Source: Candidatus Anstonellaceae archaeon (GTDB taxonomy: Archaea > Micrarchaeota > Micrarchaeia > Anstonellales > Anstonellaceae). Taken from it: a DNA stretch of 64,000 nt. The notes under the pieces were generated by a model that was given only the letters and a program-made list of their open reading frames with translations, was not told where the DNA came from and ran no database searches. Location of the stretch: assembly GCA_038891035.1 (NCBI GenBank), contig JAWAEW010000004.1, positions 4,728 to 68,727 on the forward strand, in the 5' to 3' direction. This document shows positions 25,785 to 35,050 of this stretch, in pieces (within the stretch, counting starts at the first letter, position 1; the number at the start of each line of letters is the position of its first letter). Position numbers and translations under genes: made by a program.

Positions 25785-26342
25785 TCATCTTTCCTGCTTT
25801 GCAGGTGGCCTAACAAAAAGATAGTACTTTGAATTACCGTTTTCTTCCTCTATTATTCTGGTTTGGATAAGACTTGCAGGATCAGGAAGCAGGCTCACCC
25901 TTTCTTGTATATCCTTGAAACTTGCAAATGGCCTTTCCTCTCGGGCTTCCAAAATTTGCTGCAGATGCTTTTTCCCTACTCCTGGAAGAAGCTCAAGCTG
26001 ATGAAGCCTTATCGAAATAGGACCTGCCTTGTTGAAGAATCGCACAAAGTCCTCTTCTCTGTCTTTGACTATGTTCTTCACTACCAGCGGAAGCTCATTT
26101 CTTGCAGTTGCAGAAAGCTCTGAAAATTCTATCCTCCTTTTTATTTTTTCAACTTCTGGCCTTTCATTTTTGCCTATGTAGAGGCGCTGGCCAAGGGTGC
26201 AATTTACCCCCTTTTTTATGCTGACTTCAAGCAAAGTGAAATACTTTTCTCCAACAAGCTGTGCAATAGGCTCGCGTTCTCTGTCAGTTGCCCTTCCTTC
26301 AGGCATAAAGTCAATCACACGAGCATAATCTTCCATTTCCAT
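25785..26342 (-). CDS. DUF655-family helix-hairpin-helix nucleic-acid-binding protein
   Basis: ARVIDFMPEGR..EPIAQLVGEKYFTLLEV..RLHQLELLPGVGKKHLQQILEAR..PFASFKDI..KYYLFV. It sits in the conserved archaeal neighbourhood with rpoF and L21e. Confidence 0.8.
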   Translation of the reverse strand: MEMEDYARVIDFMPEGRATDREREPIAQLVGEKYFTLLEVSIKKGVNCTLGQRLYIGKNERPEVEKIKRRIEFSELSATARNELPLVVKNIVKDREEDFVRFFNKAGPISIRLHQLELLPGVGKKHLQQILEAREERPFASFKDIQERVSLLPDPASLIQTRIIEEENGNSKYYLFVRPPAKQER

Positions 26343-26389
26343 TTTTCCACCTAGTCCATTTCTCTTGCCAAGTATAAAATTGTATGTTT

Positions 26390-26791
26390 TTACTGTTCAG
26401 ACTGCTGAGGCTCTTCTTTGGAGTCTTCCTTGTGCTTGGGCTCAAACTTCTTTGCTTTTTTCCTGTACTTTTCAACAATTTCCAAAATTGTATCGATTTT
26501 TTTTCCTGGAAGCTCTATCTTGTCCTTTGCCAAAATAAGCATAAGCTGCTGCTTAGTTGGAAGAATATCCACAATTTTGACTGCAGCCTCAGGTTTCAAT
26601 TCCATAGCTAAAAGCTCTCCAAGCATCTCTTGGGCATCAGAAAACTTCAGATGAGCAAACCTGCGAGCATACTCCAGTGAAGTTTGTTGCTCAAATCCAA
26701 ATTCCCCTCCAGTTCCCTGCCTTTTTTCGAGTATCCTTACAACTTCCGCAAGTGTAACAGGCTTCATTTCATAAGCGCCCTTACCTATCAT
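26390..26791 (-). CDS. rpoF: DNA-directed RNA polymerase subunit Rpo4 (RpoF)
   Basis: Has an Rpb4-like sequence (..VTLAEVVRILEKRQ..EQQTSLEYARRFAHL..ELKPEAAVKIVDILP..). It lies immediately downstream of L21e, as in many archaea. Confidence 0.75.
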   Translation of the reverse strand: MIGKGAYEMKPVTLAEVVRILEKRQGTGGEFGFEQQTSLEYARRFAHLKFSDAQEMLGELLAMELKPEAAVKIVDILPTKQQLMLILAKDKIELPGKKIDTILEIVEKYRKKAKKFEPKHKEDSKEEPQQSEQ

Positions 26792-27079
26792 CTAACCACT
26801 TCCCTTTATCAATCTCAAATGTACAGGGGGGATTATTAAGTCCTTTTCCATCCGTCCATCACGAATCCTTACTACGTAGGATTCCCCCCTCTTTTCTACA
26901 ATCGTCCCTGTCCTTCCGCGATATCGTGGATGAGGCATTCCGCTGTATTTAACCTGGGAGTCAATTGCGACACGATCACCTATATTGTAGCCTGAAACCA
27001 ACGCAGTCACTGACAGCTTTCGCAAGGAGGCACCCAGTGCTCTTCCTTTTTTTGATATTTTTCCAAGTGAGCGTTTCAT
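26792..27079 (-). CDS. rpl21e: 50S ribosomal protein L21e
   Basis: ..GDRVAIDSQVKYSGMPHPRYRGRTGTIVEKRGESYVV.. is the typical L21e SH3-like core. Confidence 0.9.
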   Translation of the reverse strand: MKRSLGKISKKGRALGASLRKLSVTALVSGYNIGDRVAIDSQVKYSGMPHPRYRGRTGTIVEKRGESYVVRIRDGRMEKDLIIPPVHLRLIKGSG

Positions 27080-27187
27080 TCAACCACCAATTGCAAAAAG
27101 GGGTTGTTTAAGGTAGCATCCTATTTAAATACCTTCCCTTTTTAAATCTCTCTGCCAATTTAAAAATCTTTTGGAAGGAGGGGTTTT

Positions 27188-27781
27188 GTGTCAAAGCCAA
27201 AAAAGCCAAAGCTTGTCATCAAACCTACTTATAGAATAGAAAATATAGTCGCCTCTGCAGAGCTTGGGCTGGAGCTTGACCTTTACACCATTGCATCAAA
27301 ACTTTCTGATGTAGAATACGAGCCCGAGCAGTTCCCAGGCGCAATACTAAAGCTTAAAGAGCCAAAAACCTCACTTTTGCTTTTCAAGAACGGCAAAATA
27401 ATTTGCACTGGGGGCAAAAACGAAGCAGAAGTGGAAGCTGCAATAGAAAAGACGCTAAAGATGCTAATCAATTACTCAAAGGTCAAGCCACCAAAAGGAT
27501 TCAAGCCTAAATTCGTGGTGCAAAACATTGTTGCCTCTGCAGAGCTGGGAGTTGAGCTTGACCTTTACACGATCGCATCAGAAATAGAGGATGTAGAATA
27601 CGAGCCCGAGCAGTTCCCAGGCGCAATACTGAAATTTTCTTCTCCAAAAACCTCACTTTTGCTTTTCAAGAACGGCAAAGTCATTTGCACTGGGGGCAAA
27701 AACGAAGCAGAAGTAGTGGCAGCTTTGAATCAGGCAGCCAAGCTTTTGGAGCCTTATTCTTCACCTCTCCCATCCAGCTGA
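27188..27781 (+). CDS. tbp: TATA-box binding protein
   Basis: Two TBP repeats are present (..NIVASAELG.ELDLYTIAS..VEYEPEQFPGAILK..SLLLFKNGK.ICTGGKNEAEV..). GTG start. The stop overlaps the acyP start as TGATG. Confidence 0.95.
   Translation: MSKPKKPKLVIKPTYRIENIVASAELGLELDLYTIASKLSDVEYEPEQFPGAILKLKEPKTSLLLFKNGKIICTGGKNEAEVEAAIEKTLKMLINYSKVKPPKGFKPKFVVQNIVASAELGVELDLYTIASEIEDVEYEPEQFPGAILKFSSPKTSLLLFKNGKVICTGGKNEAEVVAALNQAAKLLEPYSSPLPSS
27251..27722 (+). repeat. 282-nt-period direct repeat inside tbp (the two TBP half-domains, near-identical at DNA level)
   Basis: 27308-27348 equals 27590-27630, a 41-nt exact match. Further exact runs of about 32-34 nt follow. My hand alignment of the halves gives 60 of 79 residues identical. 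Confidence 0.9.
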
Positions 27782-28065
27782 TGCAGATGATGAGGACTTT
27801 GTTTGTGGCATCAGGCAGGGTTCAAGGGGTGGGTTTTCGAGCCTATGTCTGCGGGATTGCAAATTCTCTTCAGCTGGTAGGCTATGCAAAGAATTTGCCA
27901 GATGGCACGGTTGAAATATTAGTTGAGGGAGATGAGGAAAAGACGCGAGAGCTTGCAGAGCGAATAAGGAAAACCAGGCTTCCGCTTATTTATGTACAGG
28001 AGTTGAAGCAAATAAACCAGGAAAAGATTACAAAATTGATATATCCTTCATTTTTCCCTAAATAA
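27781..28065 (+). CDS. acyP: acylphosphatase
   Basis: The MQMMRTLFVASGRVQGVGFRAYV.. motif V.G.VQGVGFR is diagnostic. The ORF-track start at 27685 overlaps tbp, so the ATG at 27781 is preferred. Confidence 0.85.
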   Translation: MQMMRTLFVASGRVQGVGFRAYVCGIANSLQLVGYAKNLPDGTVEILVEGDEEKTRELAERIRKTRLPLIYVQELKQINQEKITKLIYPSFFPK

Positions 28066-28693
28066 ATGCCATTCCAGCAACTGCGCCAAAAAGTGAGCAT
28101 ACTGCATTGCTGGTTGCCTTGTTTCCTATACCCTTTTCTTCAAAAACCCCTACTATGCTGTCTGCAAAGCTTCCTCCAAAACCTACAAGCCCTATGAGGA
28201 CTATGCGCCACAAAGTCATCCCAGGGAACATAAGGAATGCAGCAATACCAATAAGAGCAGCACCATCAAACGACATCAACAGCCCAAATGGAGTCACTGC
28301 ACCATTGGTTCCTTTTTTGGCTTTCTTGAAATTAAGAAGATATATAGGCTCACCTGCAAGCACCCCAAGTTCAGAAGCAAACTTATCAGCAGTAATTGCA
28401 GCAACCGAACCTACAAATGGGCCCCACCCAACCCAAGGCGAGACCACTGCGCATATTGTTGGGACAAAACCATTTGCAAGCACATTTTCCCAAGATCTTT
28501 CATGCTCATATATTCCAAGCTCTCTTTTCTTTTCATACCCGTATTTTGTCACCATGACAGAAAGCCCAAGAAAAACAAAAAGTAAAATAAGAAACTCAGC
28601 CGAGCCAAAAATTAGCACTAAGGCTCCCATTACAAAAGCAAATGCCAATCCAGCAATATCAAGCAGTGCAATGTTTGCTTTTCCTGCCATCAA
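28058..28693 (-). CDS. DUF92/TMEM19-family integral membrane protein
   Basis: Multi-TM protein with ..AITADKFASELG.. and ..GTNGAVT..G, which are DUF92-like blocks. ATGA overlap with rtcA. Confidence 0.7.
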   Translation of the reverse strand: MMAGKANIALLDIAGLAFAFVMGALVLIFGSAEFLILLFVFLGLSVMVTKYGYEKKRELGIYEHERSWENVLANGFVPTICAVVSPWVGWGPFVGSVAAITADKFASELGVLAGEPIYLLNFKKAKKGTNGAVTPFGLLMSFDGAALIGIAAFLMFPGMTLWRIVLIGLVGFGGSFADSIVGVFEEKGIGNKATSNAVCSLFGAVAGMAFI

Positions 28694-29670
28694 AGCACCT
28701 TTATTGTATTGCCTTCAATTATAATATTTCTTCCTGTCATCTGCTCAATTACATAACGGTTTGTCAAAAGGTGCTGGGTTGCCTGCGCAGCTGAAAAGCT
28801 GCTTTTCCCCTCTGCCAAAGCGGCATAAAGTAGAAGCTGGTCTGCAAGATGCCAATCCACACATGCATTGCCTTTGTACTGTTGCTCAAACTCTCTGCAC
28901 ACCTCCAAAGCCACCTCCTCAGCCATCTTTCCCTTTTTTCCTATTGAGCAGCTTCCGATAAACCCTTTCCACATAGTAACTGCATTGCCGGCACAATCTG
29001 CTGCAACCTGCATTATTTTTCCCGAAGGGGAAAGGTAGCCCAGTTGCTTCCTAATAATTGCCTGCTCTCTTTCTGCAACGTGTGGAGGAAGCCCAAAATA
29101 AACTATCTCATATCTTAATGGCTCTTCAACCTTCTGCATTATGCAGCCGTGAAGCTTGGAAGGCAGGGTTTTCAGATGAATCTTACCCCCACCAGTTGGA
29201 TAAAAGCCTGCTTTTTTAAGCTGAATTTCAAATTTTGCACCAAACATGGAGGCAGCTTTTGCAAAAATCTCTGCCAAATACTCAAAAGTTGGGGCACCCT
29301 GCACATGAGTCCCACCAATAACTTCTAAGGTGCATTCTTCCTCAGCATGCAAAAGAACAGGAAGCGCAGCTTGCACAAGAAGGGAGCATGATCCCGCAGT
29401 GCCAATCTCTACCTTAAAGCTTCCTGAAGCTATCTTCCCTGGAATAAATTCAAGATATTTGGAGCCTATTTCTGCTCCTTTTATTTTTGCTCTACAAACT
29501 TTTGCAAGCAGGTTGCATGCTGCCAGATGTTGATAGGAAAGGCCAGGATTTTTTCTGCCTGCACGTATGTTTGTTATTTTAATTGGTGTGCCTAAAATGC
29601 AAGATATCGAAAGTGCAGTCCGAAGCACCTGGCCTCCGCCTTCTCCATAAGAGCCGTCTATTTCAATCAC
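28690..29670 (-). CDS. rtcA: RNA 3'-terminal phosphate cyclase
   Basis: MIEIDGSYGEGGGQVLRTALSIS..ITNIRAGRKNPGL..HL.. matches the RtcA N-terminal signature. Confidence 0.9.
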   Translation of the reverse strand: MIEIDGSYGEGGGQVLRTALSISCILGTPIKITNIRAGRKNPGLSYQHLAACNLLAKVCRAKIKGAEIGSKYLEFIPGKIASGSFKVEIGTAGSCSLLVQAALPVLLHAEEECTLEVIGGTHVQGAPTFEYLAEIFAKAASMFGAKFEIQLKKAGFYPTGGGKIHLKTLPSKLHGCIMQKVEEPLRYEIVYFGLPPHVAEREQAIIRKQLGYLSPSGKIMQVAADCAGNAVTMWKGFIGSCSIGKKGKMAEEVALEVCREFEQQYKGNACVDWHLADQLLLYAALAEGKSSFSAAQATQHLLTNRYVIEQMTGRNIIIEGNTIKVL

Positions 29671-30914
29671 ATTTTGATTTTCCCAAGAAGGACTTTTATT
29701 TCATATACTAGACCAAAAAGCACAAGCAAAACTAGCCCGCCAACTGCTGCAAATCCTTCAACCCTCCATTTTCCTTTTGCTGCAGGATATGCGGCAGGTG
29801 ACACAGAATCATTCCCAAAGCGAATGCTGACCGCCTTTCTGTTTTGATCGTCTTGGAAGGGCGCAGGTTCACGCACAGAAATCGTGCTTTCAAATGCAAA
29901 CATATCAGAAAATAGACTTTCATACAAAACAACTGCTTTCTTTTTGCCCACCTCTTGCTTGATTGAGGCAGATGCTTCCATGACCAGATAAGCTGCAGGA
30001 AGATCAACCAGCTGGCTTGCATACATTTCAGACAAATTCACCAAGCTCATATTTTGCCCATAAAATACTGGCCTGGCCTCAAGCTCGGCCTGTTTGCATC
30101 TGCCTTGCTTGTAATCAATTTCATAAGCAGTAAAATTTGCGACAGTCTTGCCATTTATCATAAATGCAACAGAGGCAGGCATCCTCCTTGCAAAAAATAA
30201 CCATTCAAGCTGCTGGCTTGCATTAGTCATTTTTTGCAATGGCGGGTTTACCCAAAACCACTCTACAGGGCCGGTTTCGACCCAAATTTCCTTTTCATCT
30301 GAATGCCGCTTGCGGTATGTTAGCACCCCATCAGTAGAATGCGCCTTGCAAATGCAGGTCGAAGGGCACTCAAAGAAGTATTCAAGTTTTAAGTATCTAT
30401 ATTCCGCCTCTATCGCCCCTGAAAGGTGCAATCTGAGCGGCTCGAAAATCATACTCTGCAAATGCATCGGCCTGCCCAGTTCAAGCTGGACAGGGTTTGG
30501 ACCAGCCATCCCAAGAATTGCCTGTCTGGTTTGGTTTCCATATTCATAAAAAAGCACCCCGTCAGAAAATCTTGGCTGCCCCTCTGCCCAAAGGTGTAGC
30601 TTGCCAGCAGGGCAACCTTCCGAAGAAGGAATTTCAAATTCTGCATATGTGGGATAATGTGCAAACCAGCTCCAGAGTACCTTTGGCCGATGCAAGTCTG
30701 AGGTAAGATTGCCTATCTGAGGCATAACTGCAACTATTTTTACTCCAGAAATATACGAAAGATCTTGTGGGGTCGGGCTTTTTTCAGGCAACATGCAAGG
30801 GTTTTCTGCACCAAGAAGGGTTTCTGCTATTTGAAGATTTTGCTTTTCTGCCTCCTGGATTGGGTGAAGGCAAAAGCCCAAACCAACCAAAACAAAAAAT
30901 GCCCAGGTTTTCAT
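29667..30914 (-). CDS. hypothetical secreted protein with C-terminal TM anchor (415 aa)
   Basis: Signal peptide MKTWAFFVLVGLGFCL and C-terminal TM AAVGGLVLLVLFGLVY. ATGA-coupled on both sides. Confidence 0.7.
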   Translation of the reverse strand: MKTWAFFVLVGLGFCLHPIQEAEKQNLQIAETLLGAENPCMLPEKSPTPQDLSYISGVKIVAVMPQIGNLTSDLHRPKVLWSWFAHYPTYAEFEIPSSEGCPAGKLHLWAEGQPRFSDGVLFYEYGNQTRQAILGMAGPNPVQLELGRPMHLQSMIFEPLRLHLSGAIEAEYRYLKLEYFFECPSTCICKAHSTDGVLTYRKRHSDEKEIWVETGPVEWFWVNPPLQKMTNASQQLEWLFFARRMPASVAFMINGKTVANFTAYEIDYKQGRCKQAELEARPVFYGQNMSLVNLSEMYASQLVDLPAAYLVMEASASIKQEVGKKKAVVLYESLFSDMFAFESTISVREPAPFQDDQNRKAVSIRFGNDSVSPAAYPAAKGKWRVEGFAAVGGLVLLVLFGLVYEIKVLLGKIKM

Positions 30915-32797
30915 TTCAGCACTTTTTGGATTTCCTTTTTGTCCGGGGCCATCAAAAATAGCTTCCTGTTTTGGATTGCAATTTTTATAAGTACGTCTTG
31001 TTCTGTATTTTGCCTAAGGCTTTCAAGAAAGTCTTCCTTTTGCTTGGCACTTTCAAACAGCACTGCCCTCCTTCGCTTGCCTAGTCCAACAAGGACCTTC
31101 TCCTTCCCTTCAAAAAGCACAATCTCCACTCCACCAACCAAATTCCTTTTCCTTGAGAATCTAAGTCCGTTTTCTAGCATTGCATCATGCAATATTCGCA
31201 ATGCATGAAGCTGCCCACAAGTTAGCTTTCTCAGGATTTTTGCTGGGGCATACGCTTGTTCGTAGTTGGACATTTTGCCTTTTCGAACGAGGGTCTCAAG
31301 TACCTCATTTAGGCTGTGCTGGTCTATTGCAACTTTCTTTTTGGCAGCAAGTGCAGCTGCAAGCTCTTCAGGATAGACGGTAAGAAGGTGGCCTCCATTT
31401 TTTCGGTCAGCTTCATAGTAAGCCTCTTCCATTTCTTTCCATCTAACAGAAACCATTGCAGGAGGAAGCCGAGCAGTTTCAGGAAAGACTATCCTATATT
31501 TGATTTTTCTGTTTGCCCGCAGAAGCAAGTAAGCCCCTACAACCAATGCAATTGCAGGGAGTGCATATTTTGCATAGCTTTCAAAAAATCCTCTTGGCTC
31601 TATTTTGTATTCCAAGGTTGCCTTTGCGCCCTGGTATTCAAAGTTTATTGTCTGCGTAGGCTTGGAAGGATTTGCAAGCACAACTACCTTTCCAAAAGAT
31701 GAATAAACCTGCTTTTTTTGCCCATCATCTAACCATGCAAAGACAGCCCCCTCAACAGGCCTTCCTCCAAAAGTAAGTTCAAATTCATGTCTATTTCCTT
31801 TCACTCCAATCGGCCTTGCGCTCAGCCCAACTACCTGCACATAAGCAGATGCCTTAAGGTTGCCAAACTGGTCTTCCACTTTTATGATGGCAGGCCCGCT
31901 TGTGCTGAGATTGACTGAAAATAGCCCTACCCAGCTTTCACCATAAGCCACTCCTATATCCTGCTTTCCAACCAGCCTCCTTCCTGAGAATATCTTTGCC
32001 TCAAGCTGCGCCCTCCTTTCATTTTCCAGTTCCAGCTCAAATTGTGCCTGCTGGCCAGCCACCACTTCATTTGGACCTTTCAGCCTCCCTTCAGGAGGAT
32101 AAAGTTTGCCAGTATCAATCACCCGGCATTGCTGTCCGATATGAACTATTCTGCAATATGCTGGTGTGAAATTTACAGGGTAGCTAATAATTGAATTCCT
32201 TCCAGAAAATAGTTTGGCATTCTCGTCCAAAAGCGCTTTTTTTGCTGCTTCCTGCGCTGCTTCTGTTTCCTTTCCGAGGTAAAGCCGCACTAATTCAAAT
32301 TCAGACCAGTTTTCTATTTGGATTATTTTACCATACTGGTCTATAGCCTTGCCTTCAAGAGCAATTATGCTGACTACTTTGCTTTGGTTAGCTTCATAAA
32401 GCTCAAGTGGAATTGCACCTGAGGCAGAAATCACTATTGCATTTTCCATTTTGGCAGCATCCTGGGGATATGCAAAAAGTGCAGAAATCCCGCATCTTTC
32501 AAGTTGTCTTCGGACTGCCTGCGCCAAGTCCTTGTTTATCCCTGGCAAAGGGTTGCTGGAAAGAACCACAAACTTGTTTGGAAATGGGCGATCTTTGCAT
32601 TCAATCCAGCTGTCGCCTTCTTCTTGCATAATGTGAGCAAGCACTATTCTTTGCCCACCTCCCCAATCTACAATCTCTGCACCATAAAATGCAAAACCAG
32701 GCAAAGCTTCCTGCTTTCGAGTCTCTTTTTGCTGTCCACCGATTTGCAAAATGAGAATCAGTGCGATTATTGCTACTGCAAAAATGGCATACCTCAT
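30911..32797 (-). CDS. hypothetical two-TM envelope protein (about 628 aa)
   Basis: The ORF track begins at 32812. The ATG at 32797 (MRYAIFAVAIIALILIL..) forms an ATGA overlap with the cysS stop. A second TM lies near aa 425 and the C-terminal cytoplasmic part is basic. Confidence 0.7.
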   Translation of the reverse strand: MRYAIFAVAIIALILILQIGGQQKETRKQEALPGFAFYGAEIVDWGGGQRIVLAHIMQEEGDSWIECKDRPFPNKFVVLSSNPLPGINKDLAQAVRRQLERCGISALFAYPQDAAKMENAIVISASGAIPLELYEANQSKVVSIIALEGKAIDQYGKIIQIENWSEFELVRLYLGKETEAAQEAAKKALLDENAKLFSGRNSIISYPVNFTPAYCRIVHIGQQCRVIDTGKLYPPEGRLKGPNEVVAGQQAQFELELENERRAQLEAKIFSGRRLVGKQDIGVAYGESWVGLFSVNLSTSGPAIIKVEDQFGNLKASAYVQVVGLSARPIGVKGNRHEFELTFGGRPVEGAVFAWLDDGQKKQVYSSFGKVVVLANPSKPTQTINFEYQGAKATLEYKIEPRGFFESYAKYALPAIALVVGAYLLLRANRKIKYRIVFPETARLPPAMVSVRWKEMEEAYYEADRKNGGHLLTVYPEELAAALAAKKKVAIDQHSLNEVLETLVRKGKMSNYEQAYAPAKILRKLTCGQLHALRILHDAMLENGLRFSRKRNLVGGVEIVLFEGKEKVLVGLGKRRRAVLFESAKQKEDFLESLRQNTEQDVLIKIAIQNRKLFLMAPDKKEIQKVLK

Positions 32798-34188
32798 GTT
32801 GCCACTTTCCATACAGTGATTCCATCTTTTCGATCTTCGATTAAAATTCCCTTTTCCTGCAGGCTTCTCCTTATGGAATCTGCTAATGCAAAATCCTTCC
32901 TTTTGCGGGCTTCATCACGCTGGCGAAGGAGCCTTTCAATCTCTTCTGCAGGTATGGGAAGCCTGCTTTCTTTTGGCTGCAAGCCCAGCACCCCAAGCAG
33001 CTTTTCCAGAGTGGCTGCTGCAGATAATGCATCCATTTTGCCTGCAGTGGAATCTGAGCAGGCCGCATTTATTTTCCTTGCAAGCATGAAAAGCGCTGCC
33101 ATTGCATTTGGAGTATCAAAATCATCATCCATATGCTCTACAAATTTGCGCTCAGTCTCAAGTGCGGCTTCAGAAAGTCTTGCAGTGCCGGTTGGCGGAA
33201 GGGGGTAAGATTTTGCAGAGCGGATTGCCTGATGCAAATTTTCAAGGGAGTTGGAAGCAGACAAAATTGCCTGTCGCGAGAAGTCAATCGGACTTCTGTA
33301 ATGGGTGAGCGCAAAAAACATCCTTATTGCTTGTGGGCCGAACTCTGCCAGCGCATCCTGAATAGTGATAAAATTGCCCAATGATTTTGCCATTTTTTCT
33401 CCATTTACCGTGAGAAAGCCAGTATGAAGCCAATATCTTACAAATTTTTTTCCAGTTGCAGCCTCGGATTGGGCTATTTCATTTTCATGGTGAGGAAAAA
33501 CCAAATCTCGAGCGCCGCCATGAATATCCAAGGTTTCGCCCAAGCAGGAGATGCTCATCGCTGAGCATTCTATATGCCAGCCAGGCCTTCCAGCCCCCCA
33601 CGGAGAATCAAAAGTGGCCCCTTTTTCCTGTCCAAATTTCCAAAGTGCAAAATCTTGGGGATTCCTTTTTTCCTCATCAATTTCAACCCTCGCGCCTGCC
33701 TTTATCTGTTCCATATTCTGCCCAGAAAGAGAGCCATAGCCTTCAAACTTCATCACATCAAAATACACTCCAGAGGAAGTCTGATAGGCAAAGCCATTTT
33801 GCATTATCTTTTCTATCAGTGAAATTATCTGCGGAATATACTGGCTTACTTTTGGGGAGAAGTCTGGCTTTTTTATTCCCAGAGCTTCAAATTCTTGCTC
33901 AGATTGCGAATTGAACATAAAGGCAAGCTCAAGAGGCGCCATCCCCATTTCCTTTGCGCGGTTTATTATTTTGTCATCTATATCAGTTACGTTTTGCACG
34001 TAAGTGACTTTATACCCCCTAAACTCAAGGTATCTTCTTATGTTGTCAAAAGCTACCAGCGTCCTTGCATGCCCAAGATGGCTTCTATCGTACGGCGTAA
34101 TACCACAAACATACATTTTTACCTTATTTTTTTCTTGTGGAACAAACTCTTCCTTAGATTTCGTCAAAGTGTTGTATATCCTCACCAA
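32794..34188 (-). CDS. cysS: cysteinyl-tRNA synthetase
   Basis: HIGH-type motif (SHLGHAR), KMSKS-type motif (KMAKSLGN), and WHIECS zinc site. Confidence 0.95.
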   Translation of the reverse strand: MVRIYNTLTKSKEEFVPQEKNKVKMYVCGITPYDRSHLGHARTLVAFDNIRRYLEFRGYKVTYVQNVTDIDDKIINRAKEMGMAPLELAFMFNSQSEQEFEALGIKKPDFSPKVSQYIPQIISLIEKIMQNGFAYQTSSGVYFDVMKFEGYGSLSGQNMEQIKAGARVEIDEEKRNPQDFALWKFGQEKGATFDSPWGAGRPGWHIECSAMSISCLGETLDIHGGARDLVFPHHENEIAQSEAATGKKFVRYWLHTGFLTVNGEKMAKSLGNFITIQDALAEFGPQAIRMFFALTHYRSPIDFSRQAILSASNSLENLHQAIRSAKSYPLPPTGTARLSEAALETERKFVEHMDDDFDTPNAMAALFMLARKINAACSDSTAGKMDALSAAATLEKLLGVLGLQPKESRLPIPAEEIERLLRQRDEARKRKDFALADSIRRSLQEKGILIEDRKDGITVWKVAT

Positions 34189-34193
34189 ATCCC

Positions 34194-34604
34194 CTAGACA
34201 GCTCGCACCTCAACAGTCTTTTTGGCATAATTGAGTACATGTGAATAGTCGCGATAATGCTGGTTGATGGTCAAAACCAAAGCATACGTACCAGGCGCAG
34301 TCTGGGTGCTTGCGCATACTGAAAAGCTTGCAGTCTTGGTCTTTCCAGGTTCTATTTCACCCATCCTGATTTCTTTCATCTTTGCAAGGATTGCGTTTTC
34401 AAATCCAAGTGCCTTAGGAATCTCCAAGCTTGCAGATGCCAAAAATGGCTTATCTGAAACATTTGTGACTGAGACAATTACTTCAATGCAATTTTCTTTT
34501 CTGGCATCCAGCCTCATCGGCCTAAGACTGGTGGAAAAATTAAAAGGAAGTCCTGGCTTTGCAGGCTCCTGACCTTTTCCAAATATATCTTCAAGTATAC
34601 CCAT
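34194..34604 (-). CDS. hypothetical small protein (about 137 aa), beta-rich
   Basis: Start set at MGILEDIF.., because the longer ORF-track start would overlap the upstream gene. No domain recognised. Confidence 0.5.
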   Translation of the reverse strand: MGILEDIFGKGQEPAKPGLPFNFSTSLRPMRLDARKENCIEVIVSVTNVSDKPFLASASLEIPKALGFENAILAKMKEIRMGEIEPGKTKTASFSVCASTQTAPGTYALVLTINQHYRDYSHVLNYAKKTVEVRAV

Positions 34605-34608
34605 TTTC

Positions 34609-35022
34609 TCACCTTTTTGAGCGCCTCCTTTTGCGCTGCTGTTGCGGCTGATATTGGGATAGCCGCTGGAAATGAGGAACATCATCCATGCAAAGCTCAA
34701 AAAATACAAGCAATATCGCAAAAAGCGAAACGATCTCAAAAATAGCTGAGATAAGCTTTGCATTTAGCTCTGAGAAGCCAAGTTGCCCTCCAAAAAACTC
34801 CACTGCAAATCCTGCCGCAAACCCAAAAGATGCCACTCCCAAGGCAGTGGCATATCTAACCGCTCTCCATTTTGCATAAAAGAAATGCACTGGTAAATGC
34901 TTCCTTGCCCTATCCCAATTCAGCTTGTAGTATGCAAAAAGCAGACTTGCAAGCACTGCAAGCACTACTTTGACCAAAAGGACAGAAGAGATTATTTCTG
35001 AAGCCTCTGGCTGTGCAGCCAT
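34609..35022 (-). CDS. hypothetical membrane protein (137 aa, ~3 TM, basic tail)
   Basis: Hydrophobic segments plus the C-terminal QQQRKRRRSKR. Confidence 0.55.
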   Translation of the reverse strand: MAAQPEASEIISSVLLVKVVLAVLASLLFAYYKLNWDRARKHLPVHFFYAKWRAVRYATALGVASFGFAAGFAVEFFGGQLGFSELNAKLISAIFEIVSLFAILLVFFELCMDDVPHFQRLSQYQPQQQRKRRRSKR

Positions 35023-35050
35023 GCCAAATTTTTGGACGCTTTAATTAAAA

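Noticed and set aside
25517-25832. ORFs 25517-25813 and 25593-25832 (+).
   Set aside because: They span the tRNA-Arg gene and its promoter, and their translations are low-quality.
28107-28724. 205-aa + strand ORF.
   Set aside because: It is fully antisense to the DUF92 membrane protein. Its Pro/Ser/Thr-rich translation is typical of the mirror frame of a hydrophobic gene.
32504-33208. 234-aa + strand ORF spanning the cysS / 628-aa gene junction.
   Set aside because: It is antisense to two confidently identified genes.
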